A DNA stretch of 64,000 nt, taken from assembly GCA_965248265.1 (NCBI GenBank), contig CBDFJF010000002.1, positions 3,520,001 through 3,584,000 on the forward strand, in the 5' to 3' direction. The notes under the pieces are model-generated. The model was given only the letters and a program-made list of their open reading frames with translations, made no database searches and was not told the origin of the DNA. Below, one piece after another: positions 57,360 to 64,000 of the stretch (positions are counted from its first letter, which is position 1; each line of letters opens with the position of its first letter). Origin of the DNA: Candidatus Latescibacterota bacterium (lineage in GTDB: Bacteria; Latescibacterota; UBA2968; UBA8231). A program made the position numbers and the translations under genes.

Positions 57360-59087
57360 TCAGTTGGCAGCTTCCTCTTTCTTATCGCCCAACGATCCGA
57401 GCCAGAAGATGAAGCAGATCAAGGCGCCGAAAACGATGACGATGGCGGCGATGATGTTGGACGCGTCACCCACGGTCGGGGTGAAGGCATCTGGTGATGT
57501 GTCCCTCATGACGCCGTATATGTGCCAGTCCTCCCGGATGCCCGACCGCACGTACCCCATGAGTCCCATCATGGCGCAGAATGTGACAGCCAGCAATATG
57601 AGGATGTACTGAGACTGGTCCGTCATCTTACCCCACTGCACTTCGCCGGTGGATGAGGCCCGTCGATAGAGGATGACATCGAGGACGGTCACCGAGAACA
57701 GGACCGCCAGAACGACTACCACCTGTCCAGGGGTCAGGACGTTCACCCGCTCCAGACTGGGCACGTAGTACCCCATAACGCCAAGAACGACCACGATGGC
57801 GGCGGCGGCGGCGAAGATGGTGAACACCACGACGTTGACGGGTTTGGACCACCTCAATGTCGGGGTTTTGCCGGATCTGCGGTAAAAGAGAAAGGTCAGG
57901 AACGTGGTGAGGATGATGAGGTTTACGGCCGTGTTCTTGGCCGACATAACTCCGAAGACTCCCACGAGCGGATGGTGTTCACCGCCGATGGCCGCCTTCT
58001 CCACCGGGCTCAGGATCAGGGTCCTGGGAGTTGCCCACACGGCAATGCAGGCGATGAGGACCGCGAATACGAAAGGTCGGTACCGGCTGTATCGCTCGGC
58101 GCCTTTGATGCGGCCCATCCCCGACCACAGGTAGAAGTTCACGCCCAGGAAGAGTACGCCGATCATGGCCGCCTGAATGATGAACAGCCAGGAGAACAGG
58201 CTGCCCATCATGTTGATGCCCATGGTCTGGTTGAACTCGTAGATCTCCTTGGCGAGCCAGTACCCGGCAAAGGGCAGGGGGATGAGGGCGCAGACGGCGA
58301 TAAAGTTTCCGGTGTACCCCATCCAGTCGTAGTGGGCTTTGTCCGATTCGCTCGTGGCCGTGAGGAATCGGACCGCCGCGTAGGCAGCCACGACGGCTCC
58401 CCCGAAGGCGATGTTGGCGATGAAGCGATGTATGTTGATCGGCATCCAGGTGAAGTTGTAAACCGCATCCCCAAGACTGATCAGAGCTCCCTGCTCATCT
58501 ATTCCTGCCGGGCTGGTCATGAAGGTGAGCCAGGAATTGGCCACGCACATGATCGCCGTACCGAAGACGTTGAGTAGCACGCCGAAGGTCAGGTGCAGCC
58601 ACTTCCGGTTCATCAGCCGGTCCCACGTGTACCAATACAGATAGAGGCTGAAGGTCTCTCCGAAGAAGAGCGCCACGTAGAGGACGTACGTGGGCGTGAA
58701 AATATTGGTCATGTAGCCAAAGAAGCGGGGATAGAACCCGATCATCAGAAACAGCAGCACGGCACCGAACATGGCCGTGGTGGAAAACGCCACGAGACAC
58801 AGCTTGATGAACTCGCGGGCCATGCGGTCGTAGCGCGGGTCGCCGGTGCGCACACCGACGAACTCGATGATGAGGGCAAAGAGTGGGACACCGAGGATGA
58901 AGGCGGCGAACATGAGGTGGAGCTGGGCCGCAACCCAGACCGCGACCCGGCTGCCTACCACGGGGAATTCTCGGTACTCTGGGATGTCGGAGAAGGCGCC
59001 CTGGGACCAGGCCGGTGTGCTCGTGAAGAGAAGTATCAGACCGAAGGAGATGGCCGTCAGTGGCGGTGAACTGTGGCCCTCTGGCAT
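57360..59087 (-). CDS. cytochrome bd-like oxidase subunit I (no Q-loop motif, no cydB in the operon)
   Basis: QLHLMFAAF, FFGET, ANSW..FMTSPAG, NIHRF align with CydA; C-terminus GYVRSGIREDWHIYGVMR; start ATG 59087 (alternative 59198). Confidence 0.8.
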   Translation of the reverse strand: MPEGHSSPPLTAISFGLILLFTSTPAWSQGAFSDIPEYREFPVVGSRVAVWVAAQLHLMFAAFILGVPLFALIIEFVGVRTGDPRYDRMAREFIKLCLVAFSTTAMFGAVLLFLMIGFYPRFFGYMTNIFTPTYVLYVALFFGETFSLYLYWYTWDRLMNRKWLHLTFGVLLNVFGTAIMCVANSWLTFMTSPAGIDEQGALISLGDAVYNFTWMPINIHRFIANIAFGGAVVAAYAAVRFLTATSESDKAHYDWMGYTGNFIAVCALIPLPFAGYWLAKEIYEFNQTMGINMMGSLFSWLFIIQAAMIGVLFLGVNFYLWSGMGRIKGAERYSRYRPFVFAVLIACIAVWATPRTLILSPVEKAAIGGEHHPLVGVFGVMSAKNTAVNLIILTTFLTFLFYRRSGKTPTLRWSKPVNVVVFTIFAAAAAIVVVLGVMGYYVPSLERVNVLTPGQVVVVLAVLFSVTVLDVILYRRASSTGEVQWGKMTDQSQYILILLAVTFCAMMGLMGYVRSGIREDWHIYGVMRDTSPDAFTPTVGDASNIIAAIVIVFGALICFIFWLGSLGDKKEEAAN

Positions 59088-59282
59088 GCATTTGCCTTGC
59101 GTACGGCAGGGAGCTAATTGGCGGGTCAAAGTTGTTCGAATTCTCCTGCCTTCTTGTGGCCTCGCTTGAAACTGGCCAACCTGTTGAGCAAGGTCCACTA
59201 CATGCAGATGGCAGCTGTCGACCGACAGAGCTGGTGATCGTCAGCTGGATACTCTCAGTCCAGCCGCTGACCCAGATACGCT

Positions 59283-59316
59283 ATAGCAAGTGGTTGCAAA
59301 TAGCAAGTGGTCACAA
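59283..59316. repeat. 17-bp near-perfect tandem repeat
   Basis: ATAGCAAGTGGTtgCAA ATAGCAAGTGGTcaCAA. Confidence 0.75.
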
Positions 59317-59543
59317 GGAATTGAGACGATTTCGTCCCACATCGTCGTCGCCATGACTGCCCCACTCCATACGGACACATGTGGAGGGCGTCGGCCTGCC
59401 AGCGCCGCGTTTGACTGCGCCGCACTATACCGTATATCCTGCCTAACCGTCAATCAAGAAAAAGCGGATTGAGCGGGGGAACGGTTTGTGTTGAGGCGAA
59501 TTGGAGACAAAACTGAAAGTGAAAACTAGCATTCGTCTTTTAT

Positions 59544-59565
59544 CATTATGATGTACATCATAATG
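59544..59565. promoter_or_regulatory. perfect 22-bp palindrome, candidate operator
   Basis: CATTATGATGT-ACATCATAATG, 25 nt upstream of the CopD-like start. Confidence 0.6.
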
Positions 59566-59590
59566 CACATCCCTTAACACTCCACGTGAC

Positions 59591-60091
59591 GTGCTTACCT
59601 TCGAAACCTTCATTCTTTGGCTACATCTGGCAGCTGCAGTAATTTGGTTTGGAGGCATGTCCTTCGTGACCTTCGTACTACTGCCACTATTGCAACGCTC
59701 CACCTCCTCCCCGAGAGAATTCTCTGGGATAATCGAGAGGGCAGTGAGGCGTTTTCAAACCATCAGTTGGGAGGCGGTCGCAATCATATTTATTACGGGA
59801 ATTTTCAATCTAACCAATGCCGGGATTGTGCGTGAATTTAATTTTAGCGTGGCCTATTTGCATGTAGTGGCCATAAAGCTGCTTCTCCTTGTCGTGATCA
59901 TTGCCATCCAGTCGTTTCAAAGCTACAGTATTTTGCCAAAACTTATTTGTGCGCCATCGTCGGACGAAAACTTGCCGTCGAGGTCGGACTCCTTCGACAG
60001 ACTTCGCAAGAAGACAATATTCCTGTCAATTCTGAATTTAGTATTGGCCGGCTCAGTGATTTATTTAGGGTTGGGGCTGAGGTATCAATAA
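59591..60091 (+). CDS. CopD/DUF4149-like four-TM membrane protein
   Basis: WLHLAAAVIWFGG, ITGIFN, IKLLL. Confidence 0.7.
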   Translation: MLTFETFILWLHLAAAVIWFGGMSFVTFVLLPLLQRSTSSPREFSGIIERAVRRFQTISWEAVAIIFITGIFNLTNAGIVREFNFSVAYLHVVAIKLLLLVVIIAIQSFQSYSILPKLICAPSSDENLPSRSDSFDRLRKKTIFLSILNLVLAGSVIYLGLGLRYQ

Positions 60092-60105
60092 GGAGAAGGC
60101 GAGGC

Positions 60106-60624
60106 TTAGGCTGTTAGGGATCGCTTCCAGTCCATCTGGGCGAAGATAATTCGCAAATCCGGGCTGTCGAGTGACTTGGCCAAGAATTCCCTAAACATCT
60201 CAAATATTCCACACCGCAGGGCATCCGCATCCAGCGCGAATAGGTCTAAGAGGTTCCCGGCGTCTTTTACCATATTGCTCCAGGTGTCGTTTTGCGGCCA
60301 ATCGCCTGTTTCCCTTCTAGAGACGGGTACCATTCCAAGTCTCAGTTCGAAGAAATGATGGAAGCGTTCCAAGGCTTTGAATTCATCCTGAGTGAAATCC
60401 TCCGCAAATTTTGCGATAGCCTTCTCAGAATAGTCGCCCTTCAAACCACCATCAAGATACCGTCTACCCGGCAAATAAATGTCGTCGAACCAGACGCGGG
60501 CTAATTCGAACGCCAATTTTTCGGGAGCGATGAACTTGTGGCACGCCTTCAAACTCTCCTCCGAGGTGAGAAATAGGAGGAAAACGATCACGTGTTCCCT
60601 GGTCTTTACTGTCTCCATCGCCAT
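60106..60624 (-). CDS. hypothetical protein
   Basis: 172-aa ORF with globular composition that fills the gap between neighbours. Confidence 0.6.
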   Translation of the reverse strand: MAMETVKTREHVIVFLLFLTSEESLKACHKFIAPEKLAFELARVWFDDIYLPGRRYLDGGLKGDYSEKAIAKFAEDFTQDEFKALERFHHFFELRLGMVPVSRRETGDWPQNDTWSNMVKDAGNLLDLFALDADALRCGIFEMFREFLAKSLDSPDLRIIFAQMDWKRSLTA

Positions 60625-60703
60625 CTTGTATTGAGACTATTCGATGATAGACTCGGAGTATACCAGCAGGCCACTGCAGCCTCGCTGAGCCGGCGATCCG
60701 TCT

Positions 60704-61219
60704 TCACCTAGCCAACTTTTCAGGCACTTCCGGAGAATAATCGAATTTGTCCGAAAGCGCTGCCTTGGCCGCAAAGGCGAAAAGGGTAATCAATCCCCAG
60801 GATAAACCCACCACAACCCCCACGTCGATGATGCCCCGCCAAGGCTGGTCGATACGCTGTATGACGATAATCAAGATGATTATTGCCGCGGTGAGCACCA
60901 CGATATTTCGCTGTCTATTCCCGAGTACGTGAAAGTAGCCAACACAGAACAGCGGCGCGAGGAAAACATGCAAGGCTTTCGGATTTTGGCGCAGATATTT
61001 ACACCTTGCCGTGACCCTTGGCGAGAAGCTGTTCTGGAAGCCGCGATATCCCTCCGAATAAGCCATGAATAACGTATTGATAACCAGCAACGCCCAATGA
61101 TACCAAACCAAATCATACAGAAAAGCCTCTGCCGCGACCGGCGTCAATCGATATAAGGCAAAACCGATCAACAATGCGATTCCGGCAAATCCCCATATTG
61201 CTCCCAATAAGCCGATCAT
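60704..61219 (-). CDS. hypothetical membrane protein
   Basis: Four to five TMs; MAYSEGYRGFQNSFSPRV, QPWRGIIDVGVV look like conserved motifs. Confidence 0.7.
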   Translation of the reverse strand: MIGLLGAIWGFAGIALLIGFALYRLTPVAAEAFLYDLVWYHWALLVINTLFMAYSEGYRGFQNSFSPRVTARCKYLRQNPKALHVFLAPLFCVGYFHVLGNRQRNIVVLTAAIIILIIVIQRIDQPWRGIIDVGVVVGLSWGLITLFAFAAKAALSDKFDYSPEVPEKLAR

Positions 61220-61241
61220 TGTATCAGAGTATCAGAAAAAA

Positions 61242-61604
61242 TCAAAAGTCAATTCCCGGCAAATTCTCCCATTTGGGTTCGCCTTCCGGCTTGAAATTTC
61301 GCGTACAAACGAAATTCAATTCGTGATGATGAAAATTTAGTTTGAATTTGCCGCCGCCAAAATTTTTCAGTAGATAATTCATGGGATCGTTAACCAGCGG
61401 GGTCATATCTTTTCCATTGAAGCGCGCAAGTCCTTTGAATTGGACTGAGTTTTGCCATGGTGTCTGAACCAATACCGTTACCGATGATTCGCGCAATGTC
61501 TGGAAAAAGGCATTTTGCAGGTCATCCTGAGACGGATTCGGATTTCCCAAACGTTCCAGCTCCCGGGTAACGTATTCTTCATACATTTCCCAAACCCATT
61601 CCAT
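61242..61604 (-). CDS. hypothetical protein
   Basis: 120-aa ORF, GAGG SD, co-oriented with the next gene. Confidence 0.65.
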   Translation of the reverse strand: MEWVWEMYEEYVTRELERLGNPNPSQDDLQNAFFQTLRESSVTVLVQTPWQNSVQFKGLARFNGKDMTPLVNDPMNYLLKNFGGGKFKLNFHHHELNFVCTRNFKPEGEPKWENLPGIDF

Positions 61605-62464
61605 ACGTAACCTCTGGTGAAGAACTTCGCTAATATCAGAGCGAAGGAGGGCCTATCCCTCGGCCAGCACTCTCTGCACCACCCTCGTGACACACGGCGC
61701 AACCGTGCCTTTGATATAGCACTTTCCCATGCAGGATCGCTTCGGCTCGGGTCTCTTCTCGCCCCCTCTCCGCCGAGCAACCGACAGCCAGAAGGAACAA
61801 CAGACTGAAACTGGCCGCCAGTACAGGGCTACCCCGGCCTCGTCAGCATCAGCCCAATTCTCCCGTCGGAAGTCTTTCTAAGAGCGTCAGAAGAGCAGGA
61901 TCTCCACTGTTATTTACTACTTAAGTACAAGTTTTTATTGAGCTTATTGGCTGTGGCGAGCATCTGGTTCGAGAGCTCGATTCTGTCTCGGCTCGCCTCA
62001 GATGGCACGCTTAGTCCTCCTCCTGTCGCGAGGCGTAACGGGCTCCGCTCTCGCTCACAGGCAAACAAAAACGCTGGCAGTTGGGAATCGGTCGTAGAGA
62101 GGCACGTGTGGAGTCGTATTCGCTGAATGGTCAGCGGCGTTCAACATCAGCTCGTGTCGGATCTCCAGCGCTGCACGCCGACTGATGACCCATCTCGGCG
62201 CTGAGATGGTTCACAGCGAACAGATGTGTCCGAAGGGCCGAGGTCGTCGTGCGTGCGCGAAGGCCGATCTCCCCCGCTGACGGTCCAACCATGACGTCTC
62301 ATGCCGGTCGAGGTCACCGCCAAGCGCCGAGACGGGCAACGAGGCTCGACCAGAATCCCCTTGACCGCTACCGATAATACAGCTTAATCTTGGAGCTTCG
62401 TACCGCAATTTGCAATCCAAAATCTATTCGACTCAGTCCTCTCTCATCTGATCATATTACGTAG

Positions 62465-63700
62465 ATGGTTTCCCATAACGAGTACCGCCCGTCCCTGATC
62501 TCCTGGAACCTCACGAAGATGTGCAACCTGCGGTGTCCGCACTGTTACCTAGACGCCGGCAAGAAAGAGGAGGATGAGCTCACCACCAATGAGTGCTTTG
62601 CGCTTATTGACGAGATGAAGGTATTGGGAACGGAAATGCTCATTCTTACCGGTGGGGAGCCACTATTGCGAAAGGATATCTATGATATCGCAAAGTATGC
62701 TTCCGAGCGGGGCATTTGGGTTGTTATGGGCACAAACGGCGTTTTAGTTACTGACAAAGTTGTGCAGAAAATGTTGGAATGTGGCGTAAAAGGCGTGGGC
62801 ATCAGCATTGATTCAGTGGATCCCGAGAAGCACGATGGATTTCGCGGGGGTCCCAAATCATGGGAATATTCGGTTCGGGCGTTGGAAATCTCTCGAGCCT
62901 ACGGTTTGGAAGTCCTGGTTCAAACGACGATCATGGAAACCAATTACGACGAGATTCCCCAACTGATTGACTTTGCCAGAGAGAAGGGAGCCTGGTCCTT
63001 CAACCTCTATTTTCTGGTGCAGACAGGCCGCGGCCAGGAAATGAACGATCTATCTCCACAGCAGACCGAGGCGATGCTCACGAACCTGGTTGAGTTACAG
63101 AACGAGTATCGACCCATGCTGGTGCGCTCCAAATGTGCACCGCACTTCAAACGCATTGCCTTTGAGAGAGCACTGGGGGGTCTAGAGAGCGGGGGGTGCA
63201 TGGCAGGCACTCAATATGGGCGGATTACACCTGAAGGAAATGTGACGCCATGCCCGTACATGACGGTCGTTGCAGGCAACATTAGAGAAAACAGACTCAC
63301 AGAAATCTGGCAGACTGCTCCAGTTTTTCAGGAATTAAGGAATCTGAACCAACTGAAAGGCCGCTGTGGAGGCTGTGAGTTTAAGGAGTTGTGTGGCGGC
63401 TGTCGCTGTCGGGCCTACGCTGCTTATGGCGACTATTTGCAGGAAGATCCGGCCTGTACATATCAACCATCCGGCCAGCCATTACAATTCGAAACAATCA
63501 CTTGGAATGCCGAGGCCAAGTCTCGTCTCGGGCGCATCCCTATTGCCTTTATTCGTGAGAAGGTTAAGAAGGGAGTGGAGACCTATGCGCAGCGTATTGG
63601 GGCTCGTGTCATCACCGCAGAATTGATGAAGATGGCTACGGCCGGCATGGAACGGCCGGCGACTTTCAATAAATTAAGAGAAAGTGAACATCACGAATGA
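62465..63700 (+). CDS. radical SAM/SPASM protein (NirJ/AhbC/AhbD-like) with C-terminal PCP_red-like domain
   Basis: CNLRCPHC, TGGEPLLR, CMAG...VTPC, CGGCEFKELCGGCRCRA; tail WNAEAKSRLGRIP.AFIREKVKKGVETYA. Confidence 0.85.
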   Translation: MVSHNEYRPSLISWNLTKMCNLRCPHCYLDAGKKEEDELTTNECFALIDEMKVLGTEMLILTGGEPLLRKDIYDIAKYASERGIWVVMGTNGVLVTDKVVQKMLECGVKGVGISIDSVDPEKHDGFRGGPKSWEYSVRALEISRAYGLEVLVQTTIMETNYDEIPQLIDFAREKGAWSFNLYFLVQTGRGQEMNDLSPQQTEAMLTNLVELQNEYRPMLVRSKCAPHFKRIAFERALGGLESGGCMAGTQYGRITPEGNVTPCPYMTVVAGNIRENRLTEIWQTAPVFQELRNLNQLKGRCGGCEFKELCGGCRCRAYAAYGDYLQEDPACTYQPSGQPLQFETITWNAEAKSRLGRIPIAFIREKVKKGVETYAQRIGARVITAELMKMATAGMERPATFNKLRESEHHE

Positions 63701-63836
63701 CTCATCTAAGCAGAATTCATGATTGAATTAGATACAGCCGCGTTGACGAAACATGTCCATGTGTCAAACGGCGTAGCCCATCTGAGGCAGGACGACACCA
63801 TTCGTGAATTCGCAATTTGATCATCTTGTAGACCCC

Positions 63837-64000
63837 ATGCAGCTCAGCAACCCGAAACCCCATTGGAACGAACTCGAATTTCTTAGCTGGAAAGAATTCA
63901 AGCAGATGGCGCCCTCTATCATCCAGCTGGAAATATCCCGCATCGGAGACATAGTCAATGCCCCGGCTACGGACATCGACTTGTGCAACGTGTTCGTGAA
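63837..64000 (+). CDS. hypothetical protein, 5' part (runs off the window)
   Basis: Open frame MQLSNPKPHWNELEFLSWKEFKQMAPSIIQLEISRIG... to the window end. Confidence 0.45.
   Translation, partial: MQLSNPKPHWNELEFLSWKEFKQMAPSIIQLEISRIGDIVNAPATDIDLCNVFV

Noticed and set aside
61620-62460. Short ORFs or a mobile-element remnant in the GC-richer spacer
   Set aside because: No recognisable motifs, SD sites or terminal repeats; only a small hairpin near 62190-62210

Overview
A GC-rich bacterial chromosome segment. The lineage is probably FCB-group (Latescibacterota/Gemmatimonadota-like); this is inferred from a short sigma70 without region 1.1, canonical TTGACA-N17-TAnnnT promoters and strong SD sites. 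Bases 1-28 kb hold housekeeping genes: a ymfF/ymfH-like M16 pair, trmJ-like, gmd, gcvP/T, coaE, hflKC, clpP, clpX, epmA, trxA, holA, sigma70, rph, a DnaC-like ATPase, smpB and tRNA-Leu. Several have unusual features: ClpP with Asn at the catalytic Asp, an AI-2E transporter with an inserted Ig-like domain, a DUF2225-degenerate GGDEF fusion, and two ~50-aa ORFs missed by the ORF track. Bases 28-36 kb are an uncharacterised block: a secreted protein of six ~109-aa helical repeats with an in-frame TGA at a conserved Trp, a divergent MerR-like HTH, and an operon of a SHOCT-like-motif protein, a DUF815 AAA+ ATPase split at a C7 run and an HSD J-domain-like protein. Next come cysS, a DAACS symporter, a pentapeptide-repeat protein, tRNA-Arg and a cold-shock protein. 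Bases 40-53 kb encode a complete alternative complex III (actABCDEFG), SCO and an A2-type caa3 oxidase. This operon converges on a five-gene operon (53-59 kb): a CydB-less bd-like oxidase subunit lacking the quinol site, three membrane cytochromes c (one with a DOMON/EbdC-like domain) and a cupredoxin-like protein, resembling Nitrospira/Nitrospina clusters. The last ~4.5 kb is AT-richer (CopD-like gene, hypotheticals, radical SAM/SPASM-PCP_red). No CRISPR array, integrase, transposase or rRNA was seen. All family calls come from motifs recognised by eye; no searches were run.
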